Positions 1 to 10,893 of a DNA stretch of 64,000 nucleotides are shown one piece after another. The position numbers were made by a program, and so were the translations under genes. Every line of letters begins with the position of its first letter. The stretch's first letter is position 1. The notes beneath the pieces were generated by a model. That model did no database searches. It saw only the letters and a program-made list of their open reading frames with translations, and was not told where the DNA came from. Source of the stretch: Oikopleura dioica (lineage: Eukaryota > Animalia > Chordata); the NCBI GenBank assembly GCA_907165135.1, contig OU015567.1, forward strand, positions 9,114,001 through 9,178,000. The letters are read 5' to 3'.

Positions 1-80
1 CGAATATAAAAAGCAAACAACGAAATTCCCAAAAGTGTTAATTTCACCAGAGCCCCTGAGCAACCAGAGTCTGCACCCAT
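1..80 (-). CDS. 5' end of a probable membrane protein gene truncated by the window edge (MGADSGCSGALVKLTLLGISLFAFYIR...)
   Basis: ATG at 80 and an open frame to the window edge, with a hydrophobic segment ending in R (weakly STT3/POMT-like first TM). Unpaired acceptor CTTTTTTCAG at 141-150 upstream. Confidence 0.5.
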   Translation of the reverse strand, partial: MGADSGCSGALVKLTLLGISLFAFYI

Positions 81-140
81 TTTCTCTCTTACTGTAGTGT
101 GAGTACAGTATTTTTCCTTCAATTCTCTACGATCCGAAGC

Positions 141-150
141 CTGAAAAAAG
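141..150 (-). promoter_or_regulatory. Putative SL trans-splice acceptor for the downstream operon gene
   Basis: CTTTTTTCAG on the minus strand, between the SURF6 stop (270) and the next ATG (80). Confidence 0.45.
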
Positions 151-269
151 AGGAAAAAGTCTCTATTGTTTTTTGTCGTATTATTTGACAGGTTTTTATT
201 GTTAGGGATTCAAGAAATGCCGTGTTTTTGAAACAAGAATCGAAAAATTTCGATGATTTCAGGTCTTCT

Positions 270-2168
270 TTAAAATCCGGGAGTCTTTCTTTTACCACCG
301 CCTCCTTTTTTCTTTTGAGCACCGCCTTTCTTCTTCGCGCTTCGTTCCTAGAGTTTGGGATTAAGTTTTCGCTCTATCTGGGAGTCTCGTTTTTCCTCGT
401 AAAAATGATGGACCGACCCTTGTTTACTGTTTACCTTTAAATTAGCCTTTCGTTTGTCTTGCTTGGCCTTCATTTTCTCCTGCAGCTGCTCGGTTCTCTG
501 CGCCCACTTGGTCTTTGACTTTTCTTTCTTTTTCTCGACTCGTTTGAGACTTCGTTTCAACAGATTTGCATCATCTTTAACCTTTAAAAATCTCATATTC
601 GAAAATCTCATGTCAGCGCATTTCTACCAAGAAGTTTAGCTCTTGTGGGAGAAAGCCCCTGGGCCCCCTTCCCCGTATCCCGCGCAAATCACTGTCGGGG
701 AAGTCTAGAAAATTTCTTTACCACTTGCTTGGCGGTTTAGAAGAATCTCGAGATTCTGAAGAACAGAATCTGGAAAGTAAACGGGTCTGAGCCAATGAGA
801 GAGCCGACAGGGGTTTGCGCGGCTTCTCCCCAAAATTAGGCGCGCTCAGAAATGCCCATGTCCCGGGCCAATATCTCCCGCCACATGTCTTCAGACATGG
901 GCAGATTCTCCTATCTCCCTTTACTGCTCAACTTCATGGTACCTTTTCTCCTTTCATTCTCGTCATCGCATTCTTCCACTTTGCCTTTTCTCTCAAAGCT
1001 TCGGCCTTTTCAGGATTCGTTTCCTCTAGCTGTTCCAGTCTGGCTTCTTTGATTTCCGCCTCTTTGAGGCGAGTTTGCAGACTCTTCTTTTTCTACAAAA
1101 ATGACATGAAACGAAGAACCAAACAAAAGGGCGCGTTACCTTTTGCTTCTCTTTTTCCGCTTCAAGAGGATCTTTGATGAGATCAAATTTGTTGAAAATG
1201 ACTTTTCCATTTTCAACTGGTTCTTTTCTCGGGCTCTGGCTTCCGCGCTGCTGATCAGCCGCCGCGATTTCTTTAACTTTTGTTTTGAGTTTTTGCTTCT
1301 TTGCCTTTTTTCGTTCTCTTTCTGCTTTTCGTTTTTCACTGAGAACAAATGAAGAAAGGTTCTTCTGCGAAGTCATTTTACCTGACGATTCGTTGTTCCT
1401 CTTCAGTTCTCGGCGTCTTCGGCAGATCTCGTTTTTGGTTCGCTCTGATTTCCGCCATTTTCTCCGCGAACTTCTCCTTCAAGTCTGACGGCCTCAAAGC
1501 GTCGTTTTCAGTTGATCTTGGTGCGCTTTGTTCCGTCGGTGCATCTGCAGCCATACATTGTAGAAGCTTCTGAAATACACCGCATCAGATAAATAGCACA
1601 AAAAGATATCTTACCATGCTCGTAGTCAAGGCCGTATCTGGATTCAGTCGGAGTCGTCGCTTTTCAGCCTTGGAAATTCCTTCATTCTTCGCTTTTTCGG
1701 CATAATCAGTGGGGATCTAAAAATTCTAGTCAGCGTGTCCAAGAGTTACTTTTACGTCAAGCTTAAAAGAAAATGGAAAACCGACTTGTTTATTGTGTTG
1801 AATATATTGATGGGAATGAAAAAAACGAATTGTGAAAAAAAAAGCTATTAGGAAACGCAGCACGTGAGAGCGATTCACTGGAGAAAAGGGCGTTTATCGA
1901 AATAATTTTGTAAAATTTGCCGGCCCTCGTGGGACCGGCTCGCTCAGGTTTAAATTTAATTAAGTTTTACATTTTTATTAGTTAAACAAGTGAAGCAAAT
2001 AAATTACTTCTCAAGCATCATAAATGGCTGCTGAAATAGCCGGGCCCTTCTGCTCAAGTTATCAAATAGTTTTCTTACATAAACAGAAGCCGGAACAAGA
2101 TCGACCAGGTCCGTCACCCAATTATCGAAGCTGATCAATTTTTCCTCCAATTTCTTCTCGTCACCCAT
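270..2168 (-). CDS. SURF6: Surfeit locus protein 6 / Rrp14-like nucleolar protein (multi-exon)
   Basis: Exon 1 MGDEKKLEEKLISFDNWVTDLVDLVPASVY resembles the RRP14 N-terminus. SURF6 domain KVIFNKFD...KAKWKNAMTRMKGEK|VKDDANLLKRSLKRVEKKKEKSKTKWAQR...KRKANL. C-terminus KRKTPGF* ends at 270. Confidence 0.92.
627..939. mobile_element. TA-flanked MITE (Tc1/mariner-type) inside a SURF6 intron
   Basis: TIRs CCAAGAAGTTTAGC (627-640) and GCTCAACTTCATGG (926-939) match 12/14. TA on both sides (625-626, 940-941). Additional internal inverted repeats. Removing it restores a 46-nt intron. Confidence 0.75.
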
Positions 2169-2331
2169 CGGAATTCAAGTTTTTGAGCAATTCCGTGTTC
2201 TAAAACCAATTATGCATAACTTTGATTTTGAATGGTTTGAAATGAATTCAAAGGACAGAATTGAAATGTTTTTGATTTGAAATCAGAAGAAAAGTTGAAG
2301 AAAAAATGATCGCCATCAATTTGACACGATG

Positions 2332-5300
2332 TCAATTAGTAACGATGTCGATAGAGTTTGAAATGAGCTGTTGAAGGTTGCTTCTTGGCTCGACAAGGTC
2401 TTCGTTTAGGAACTTCATGAGCTGGGAAAAGGTGCAACTGCGGATGCTCCACGCGCTTTCGTCGCTTGATTCAAAGATTTGGGCGGCAAGGGACTCTCGC
2501 GTCTCACGTGATAAGAGATCGACCGACTGAAACGATTAATTACTGCCAAATTTACGAAATTTATGATAGCACGTGATCAATAAATTGTATTATAAAATAA
2601 ACCCCAGAAAAAAGCTCAAAATTGAATTACTCGATCGCTCAAGTGAATGATACCCTGACGCAATCACAAATATACATAATTTTCTCAGTGAAATTATCAA
2701 ATCAATCAAAACGTAACTAACTTACTTTCTCTGATCGAAGAAGGGTGAGAGCTTCTGTCGGGCTTTTTGCTTTGATTTCAAGAAATTCTGCTTCGAGCAG
2801 GAGGCCCCTTAGTTTGAGCATGATTTCGGCGGGATCTTCATTCAGCGCTTGGAAGCACCAGAAGTCGCACATCCGGTCGTTCTTCTTGCGGAATAAGCAA
2901 CATTAAGTAATATCCTCAGCACAATGAAACTATGCTGAGAATCGATAAGCATTCTGCTTTCTCGCTGAGCAAAGCGCTATTCCGCTCCTGATACTCTTCG
3001 ATACCAGGGTTCCCACCGAACAAGAGCATCACCGAATCTGTTTTACCGGGCTCAATATATTGAATACTTTCTTCGAAAAACCGAAAAACTAGCAAAAATG
3101 GACAAACTTGAGAACCAAGAAGAATGGTCGAAACTGACAATGATTGACTATCCAAAAGCTAAGAGCCAAATAGCAGCAATAATGCTGGAAAAGATAGATG
3201 AGATGGAGGAAAAGTTACTCCTAGCTAACTGGTATCTGCAAAGGAAGGGTGAGATAGGATAGAAGAAAAGATAGAGAAAACAATTTCCCTCATCCTTTTG
3301 TAAGAGAGAGAACTGTACCTGGTGATCTTTGGCCAACAGTAAAGAATATTCGAGACCTAAATTATCTCAGGAGGAGCTCTATACTTTTCTAGGAGCAAAC
3401 GATTCTACAAAAATGAACATGAGCGGACTGCTAGCCAAGTTTACGCACAAAATAATCATGAATCTCGTACCAGAGATCGAAAATGTCCGACTGAGCAAAC
3501 TTCTTGCTATAAAATGATTCCACAAAATGATTCAAAATACCGTAAATGGAGCTCGATAAAGGCTAGACATGAAGTCACTCGACCTTTACTTCACGTGGCA
3601 TGAGATTAATTCAGTCTAGGATACTCTCTCGTCCAATCTGGCAGTCAATTTGTCTCAGAGATCTTGAAGATCTCGGAAAAAGTCACGTGAGTATCCGGGT
3701 TCAAGACCAAGTAATGACGGCAGCGCGAAGGCTCGCAGGCTACTACGCAATAACTCTGGAAAACTTGAGACGATTTAATAATCAGAAAAGCACTGGCAGT
3801 ACTGGCTCATGGTTATCTTCATTAGCACTGAGTAGGGCGACCAAGGAGGAGGGTAAGCTGGCAATGATGACCGTAAGTCGCTTGGAAGTGGGGATCATCT
3901 CTTGAGCCATTTCAGATGGTGGAAAAGTCAACGATCGAGAAAATCCGGATGGAAAGGTCTAAGATGCAGATGAATGCGATTATACAGGATCTCTATCAAT
4001 CCTACGAACACCGATTCGAGTTATTTCGTCAGCCGCGGGTTTGTCAAAATTTTGTTGAAAAAAAAATCATTTGATATAATAACCCTGATTAGATGGAAGA
4101 TAGAAGCAAGGAAAAGAACAACACTGGAGCTGTCGATATTTGCCGGCAATTATTAGCCCTACTTGGATGCAGAAGAGGAGTACGAGTTAAGCCTGTAACT
4201 TGAAACAAAAATAAAGAGTAAATTGAGCCATCCCTGATAGATTTGTTACTGCATGAGCTCTTCTAGCAATCGGACCAGAATTATGTTTCATTATCCGCCA
4301 CTGTTTCTTGTCTATGGAATAGATCCACATGGCCAGACCTAAAAAAACGAGTTAGACGCAAGATTTAGTGGAAATTGTAGTGGACCATCGATGGTTGCGT
4401 TTCTTGACTTTTTGTAAGTTCTGCTGGACTGGACCGCTGAGCCAACAAGAACGCGAATTTGTCGCTTTTGTTGGTGGAAAAATGCCCTCTGCGTGAGTCC
4501 ACATGGTGGCGCCAAAGGACCCTTCCCATCGTGAAGGGTTGACACTTGACAGCTGCTCAAGTCATAGGCGATCAGGTCATTCAGATCCGTTTTACTTTTC
4601 AGACCGCCCAAGATATAAAGAATCCCAGAGGACTGGTCTAGGGTCATTGCGTGCGAATTTCGCGGGATTATCGGAGTCTCCACGAGAGTCCACGAGTTAT
4701 GATGCGAATTCTAGACATTTTTAATTCAATTATAGCAATTTTAAATGCTGATCTCAAGTAGTTTTTATGAGGAGGCTGAAAACCCTCACATAACTAGGAA
4801 ATTGGTCGCTAAATGGTACAACTTTTGATGAGGCTTACCCATTTGTAGAAATTGCCATAATTGGAGCGGATTGGACTCGTCGGTTGAAAATCATCAAGAC
4901 TAAAATCCTCGATTCTTGTCGTCCTTTGTAAGACCCGCCCACCAAAGCAGACCAAATCGCCCGTCTTTTCAGAAAACAGCATCTGATGATCGTAGATCAG
5001 CGGCGGCCCTCCTTCTTTTTCGACATCTTCAGAGATCAAAGCCCATTTGTTCGAGTTGATTTCGTATTTGTAGAAATCGTTTGGAATGCGTTTCTTTTGT
5101 TGACCAATATTGTCTACGTATCTACCAAGGAAAAAAATCGTGCCGCTTGTTCTGTCGATCGCCATTTTGTGACAACAGCGAGGAGAAGGGCCGTCTTGAA
5201 CTTGAGCATCGTTAGTGACCATTTTCCACTGTTCGGAGAGGAAGTCGTACTGCCAAAAGTCCCCGAGCTCGGATGTTCCTGTCCAGCCGCCGTGGAGATA

Positions 5301-6295
5301 CAGCTTTGAGCTGAAACAACATCCGTCAAAATGAACCTTTAGTACATTCGAGATCTTACTTATATGTAACCATTTGATGGCCTCCACGAGGGGCCGGCCA
5401 CGAGTCAGTCACTTTTTTCATTTTGATTCTTCTCCATGCACCTATCGGTGTTTTTTGAACAAGAACTTCGGAAAATTCTGGATCTTGTAGAAGTTTCTCG
5501 ACTGATTGATAGTTTCCTTCTGTCACTAGTTCCTCGAACAGCCTCGTTACTATGCTTGCTTCGAGTTTTCTTCCGTCTGAACTGGAGAGAAGAGCTCTGT
5601 AAGCATCGACGTAGCCGTTTGAGCGAAGATATTTGAGGGTCATTTTGTGAGCTTGAAGCTGGCTGTTTTCCGCTCGAACTCGGTTGAATTTTTTGACGAT
5701 ATCCGGAGCAGCTGTGCCTCGCAGCCTGAAATTGTGGAAATTAAAGACTTCGATAATAGGTGCAAATTACTTACTCTAGGATCATCGATCCACTGTCAAA
5801 GCTGTGGCCGCATATATCCGATTCTATGACGAGGGCATTCGACGGAATTAGACTTTCCGTTTTCTCCAAGATGGTTGAAGAAATGTCTCTGTATTGAAAG
5901 AGCCAAGAGCAGCTGAGCGGCGAGGTCTCGTGGTAGAGTTCGCCCAGCCGTCGAATGTTTGAGTCTTTCTGGCTACCGCCGACGTAAAAGGAGAAATCGG
6001 CATTGAGGACGTCGTTGATTGACGCTGCTGTTTCGGGCGGAAGACGGACAGAGATCTCAGTAATTATTGAGTCACATGGAAGACGGACATAGACGGTATG
6101 ACGGCGGCGTTCTGGGCGATGTCTGTGACGTTCAAAAATTGATTTAACCTCGTCCAAAACTCCTCCTAGATTATCATCGTTCCATCATGTTCTTTGAAGA
6201 AGGCATCTACCTTTAGAGGCAGCAAAAGCTCCGGGAAATGGCCCTGGTGAGTAGGAAACGAGATCAAACTTCAACTCTTCGCATAAATCTTGCAT
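2332..6295 (-). CDS. MKLN1: Muskelin (discoidin-LisH-CTLH-kelch; CTLH/GID complex subunit)
   Basis: LisH LKYLRSNGYVDAYRALL and CTLH LFEELVTEGNYQSVEKLL. Kelch motifs PAPRGGHQMV, LYLHGGWTG..LGDFWQY, PSPRCCHKMAID, GGPPLIYDHQM, LFGGNPG...RMCDFW. C-terminus FSQLMKFLNEDLVEPRSNL. Confidence 0.92.
3098..4203 (+). CDS. Putative nested antisense multi-exon gene in a muskelin intron; unknown product
   Basis: ATG at 3098 (MDKLENQEEWSKLTMIDYPK...). Series of short GT..AG-bounded coding segments. Last exon ...LLGCRRGVRVKPVT* at 4201-4203 is followed by AATAAA. Confidence 0.45.
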
Positions 6296-6561
6296 CCCAT
6301 CATTCATTCAAATAATTTCTTCAAAGAAAAAATACGATGATTAGGCTCATTCGGATTCAAAGAATTCAGTTTTTTATTAGTGCTGTGCCAATAAAATAAA
6401 TAAATGCATCAATGAAAACACACAGTGGATCAGAGGGAGAAGAAGATAATTGAAGAAATTAAAAATTGAACGATTGAACGGTCGTTAATTAAATAAGACT
6501 AGCAACGTTTGAACTATTCGAGGCTATTATCATTGTTTTTTGTATAATTTGTAAGCGTTTA

Positions 6562-8081
6562 TTAATTCGGTTTGGGTTTGAGCTCTTTGAGCTTCTTTTT
6601 GCTGTACAAGGTCATCATCAAAGTCGAGAAATTGCCCAGAGCAAGAATCAAATACAGCGTCGACATCCAAATGATCTAAGAGAACAGTTAGATTTTACAA
6701 ATATTCACAATATGAAAACATGCATGCAACATAAAATTGCTGAAATTTATTTAGACAACGAAGAAGACGACTAAAATATCTTACATGCTTTCCGTTGTTC
6801 TGAAAATAAGCTTTAGTAAGTGCGATAAAGGAGTGTTGCGATAAGGGAGTTTTGTCTGATAAGTGGACATAAATTGAAACCTGTAATGAGAAGCTGGGGA
6901 ACTTTGCGTCAAAATTATTATCTTGCTTTAGCTGAAACAAGATCAGTCCCCTGAAAAGTTGAAAACAAAGAGTTACAAACCTGCCAAGTATTGGAAGGAC
7001 CATCTGTGGGCTCAATGGAAAGCCAGAGCATAAGTAGCGCGACGGAAAGGTAGAATTGGTAAGCGTAGATCATGATCAAGAACGGGGTGACGACATAGAG
7101 AGCGAGCGCGTCTTTCGAGGCAACAGCCCAGCTTGGAATTCCATCGACCGTAATGTGCAGGAAATCGACTTTTCGCAAACTTCGGAGGCGGTAAAGAAGA
7201 CCAGATTGATACGTGTATTGGATGATCTAGTTTTGATGCGTAAAGGGAAAATTGGAGATGGAGAAATACCTGTACAAGGGAGATCATAAGGGAAAGAACG
7301 ACGAATTTGGTCCTGAATCTCATGTATTCGTGCGCATCTGCCGGCCATAAAATATGAATCCCAGTGAGAAAGGCGCTAACATAGTGGTGGGAAACCCACC
7401 AGCCTCTGATGCGTGAACCGTTCGCCACGAGAATCGACTCTCGGATCGTCAAAGTGCAGTAAAACCAAAGAATAAGAAAATAGTGCAACGCATCTGTCAA
7501 TCGATGTGAGAAGATCAAATTGAAAACGGAAAAGATAGCGATGGCGATGGAAACTCCTGAAGACGAATAAATGAGAAATCAAGGAGGAGTTTTTCGGAGT
7601 TACCTAATTTCCACTCTTCATAACTTTCCTTGTACTTTCTTTTCAGTTCAGAAGTAGGAAGCGTAACATTCAGATTTCCAACAATTAGTTGGAGATAGAG
7701 GCCATTATTCCCAGGCAATCGCGTCTCCTGATCATGGATTCGGCTCAACTAAAGAGTTTAATAAGCCAATTATAAGATATAAAAGTTGTCATACGTAATC
7801 TTTTATTTCTCGGTCGAGATCTCGGATTTGATCATCGTGTTGAGACTTCGGAATGTTTTGGATGTCGTTTTTAGGCCGCGAAATTTTCGCTTGTGACGGG
7901 TCATCTCAGCTACGAAATTCAAAAGAAGAAGTGAAAAGATCGCCGTACCTTTGCATTTAGACTGTAGCTGATGATAAATAATCGACTGTTTTGCGAATTC
8001 ATCGCGAACTTGCTTTGTCGCCGCGAATTCGTCCCTCAAATAACCGAGTTCTTCCTCGATCGGCTTGACTGGGTCCTCCAT
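6562..8081 (-). CDS. TMEM120: TMEM120 (TMPIT/TACAN family) membrane protein
   Basis: DALHYFLILWFYCTLTIRESILVANGSRIRGWWVSHHYVSAFLTGIHILWP, LPGNNGLYLQLIVGNLNVTL, an N-terminal coiled coil and a GNFST C-terminal motif. Confidence 0.95.
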
Positions 8082-8529
8082 CAGCCCCTTAATTTAACAA
8101 GTAAAGAGATATCCTCAACTGAAGACGAAGGATAGTAGTTTTAAAGTCATACAGATACAATAAAGTAAAGAAAACAATCTCCGTCAAAAACTCAAGAAAA
8201 TACATAATGAAAAACCCCGCTTGATTTCAAGAAAAAACAAGCAGTCATAGTAGAGGATTTAAGGGAATTTAAAGTAGGCTAGTTTGGAGTTAATAAAAAT
8301 GTTTCAAGACAAAAGGCAAGAAAGCTTTTTCCAGAAAAAGCTCTAGAAATTTTCGCTACTTGCTATCGAGATTTTTTAACATTTAGGAATTCTAGCAGTT
8401 CAGTAACTTGTTCAGTTGTGGACAGTTTTTTTTTTTATTTTTTGGAAGAGGTTTATTTTTTTATTCATTTTTATTGAGGCAAAGAACTTCTTTTTTCTGT
8501 CTTTTTTTTCTTGTTTATCAAGTTGAAAT

Positions 8530-9566
8530 TCAGTCGTTTTCCATCGCTTCTTCGTCTTCTCCAACCATCATTGCCGAATCGTCCTTCGAAAGTGCCGCCC
8601 ACTTAGAGCTTCCTTTCTTCGCCTGAAAGAAGGGTTTAACAAAAACGAGAAAGGGTTGTTTTAACCTGTTCTTTCTCAATTTTGTCGGTAATGTCGCTTT
8701 CTTTCGTTGCTTTGATGACTTTGCTTCGTCGGAACTCGGTCGATCCAGCCGCCTCCAGCTTCCGTTTCATTTCGCTCTGATGCTTCTCGATCGCGTTGAA
8801 GAAATCAACCACGCCTCTACAAAAAATACATCATCAAATTTGCTTGAATGCTCGAAGAAAATCACCTCTTGGCGATGCTCTCAAGTTGTTTATCCGCAGA
8901 TGTGTGATGGGTTGGCTTGCTGCGGCTCAGATTTTCCCACTCCTTCTTTTGCTTGTTCGCCGATCGCACTTTCTTCTTCCTCTCTTTTTCCAATTGACGA
9001 CGGTCGGCAGCGGAGGATGCTTTGAATCGACACAGAATTGCTAGATTTATTCACTTCAGCTTTCTTTACCAAGCGTATAACTTATACGGTATAAGAAAAT
9101 TAATACTTTCAATAAAGTTATAATTATTTTCTTTTGTCTCCAATTCAGGAATGCTCGACAATTTTACTTGCAATTAGGATAATTCTTCAAATAAGTCTCT
9201 GTTCTTTGAATTCAGAGGTATGCTGATTGACGATCTTTGAGCATTTTAAATTTGATGCTATACGCTTCCATAATACCGTAAATAACACTTTAGCTTATCG
9301 AATTTTACGTAAAACTGCAATAAAAGCGCAGCAATTATTTTACCTGTAGACGCATTCGGAGGAAGAGGTTTGGCAAGAATCTTTCGGCAGCAATCGTGAA
9401 AAGCGGTTAAATCAACTTCCATGTCTTTTTCGTGAAGTGGCTCGTGGTCGATCATGAATTGCTCATCGTTGGCGGAAGTGGCCGACATCGAAGAAACGCG
9501 GGAGCCGGTGTCGGAGTCGAAATCGGAGGAGCCATAATCGGTCGAGCTTCCGTCGCTAGAACCCAT
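8530..9566 (-). CDS. RRP15: RRP15-like ribosome biogenesis protein
   Basis: Spliced translation contains KKEWENLSRSKP...QLESIAKRGVVDFFNAIEKHQSEMKRKLEAAGSTEFRRSKVI and a W..L..D..M C-terminal motif. Acidic N-terminus. Confidence 0.88.
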
Positions 9567-10276
9567 TCGATTTTCTTTTTTATTCAATCTGAAAGGGAAC
9601 CGATTGAAAATCGCTGTAGACGTCTTTGAGAAAGAGTTCAACTGACTACTTTAACTAGTCAGTGGAGAATAGAACTGTTGTGTCATAGTTGGAAAAATAA
9701 TTGGGATTGGAAATGTCTTTTTTGATTTATAATAACGTCTTGTCTCAGATCTGAGACGTCTTTGTAAGTCAGAAAAAGTAAGAATCAGTGATTCTGAATC
9801 GCGTAATTTCTTTCTGGGGATAAGACGGTGTTGACTAATCGTCTTAACCTGATTTCTGGGTTCGAAGAATGAAAACTGAAGAAAAAGAACGAACCCAAAA
9901 GCGAAGAATATGATTTCTCACGTGATCAACTCATCAGGAAAACGAAGAAAATAGACAGTTTTCGGAATTTAGCCGTTTCTTTCCACTATTTTGAAGAAAT
10001 AATATATCATTTGTTTGAATACTTGTTATTTACTAAAATCAAGGTGTAAACAACTAAATAGCTAATTGTCCCTAAAATTTTTTATCAGATATGAAAATCA
10101 AGTAGGCGTGTCATTCGCCCTAGTCGACGGTTTTTTCTCTAGATGGCAAAAGCGATTTTCGCATTTCTCCAACGAAAGTTTTCTCAGTCGCCATTTTGAT
10201 TGGCCAGGAGGTGCGCGCCCGTCACGACTCCGTTATTTTTCGAGAAACAAGCTGCTTTTTTTTTTGCGATTTCTTG

Positions 10277-10852
10277 GGCCAATTTCAATAAGGAATAGAA
10301 ATTCCAAATCCTAACCCCCCATGTTTTTGTGCTCGTTAGAAAGAGCGTAAAAAGTTACGTCAGAAAAAAATATTTTTAGGGGCTGAGTCATCATTAATGA
10401 CGTCATGGCGGCTGGTTGAAGTTCCAAAAGTCCCAAACGTTGGGTCCCCTCTCATTTTTTTTCTAGAAATGGAAAATTTGAGTTCAATATATCAAAATGA
10501 TCGCCTTGACCTACTCTAGGTGAAGAGCTATATATGAAAGATCCAACTCTAGAAAAAAAATTTTTTTTTCGATTTTTTCAAAATTTTTTCCGAAAAATAA
10601 AGCTCTTCACCTAGAGTAGGTCAAGGCGATCATTTTCCTGTATTTAACACAAATTTTCCATTTGTGGAAAAAAAATGAGAGGGGACCCAACCTTTGGGCT
10701 TTTGGAACTTCAACCAGCCGCCATGACGTCATTTGTGATGACTCAGCCTCTAGAAATATTTTTTTCTGACGTAATTTTTTACGCTCTTTCCAACGATCAT
10801 AAATACATGGGAGGTAAGGATTTGGAATTTCTGTTCCTTATTGAAATTGGCC
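10277..10852. mobile_element. Fold-back MITE with ~250-bp TIRs (PIF/Harbinger/Tourist-like)
   Basis: GGCCAATTTCAATAAGGAA... at the left end and ...TTCCTTATTGAAATTGGCC at the right; arms are near-complementary. 3-bp direct repeat TTG on both flanks. Confidence 0.85.
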
Positions 10853-10893
10853 TTGGGTTTCCCTTGAATTACTGAAGACCTGACAGTTTTAGA

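Noticed and set aside
119-322. ORF-track protein as the SURF6 C-terminus
   Set aside because: Wrong frame; the spliced frame ends KRKTPGF* at 270.
612-940. Structured SURF6 intron as snoRNA/scaRNA, RNase MRP/P or telomerase RNA
   Set aside because: No proper C box, CR-I/CR-V or template motif. TIRs, a TA duplication and restoration of a 46-nt intron explain it better as a MITE.
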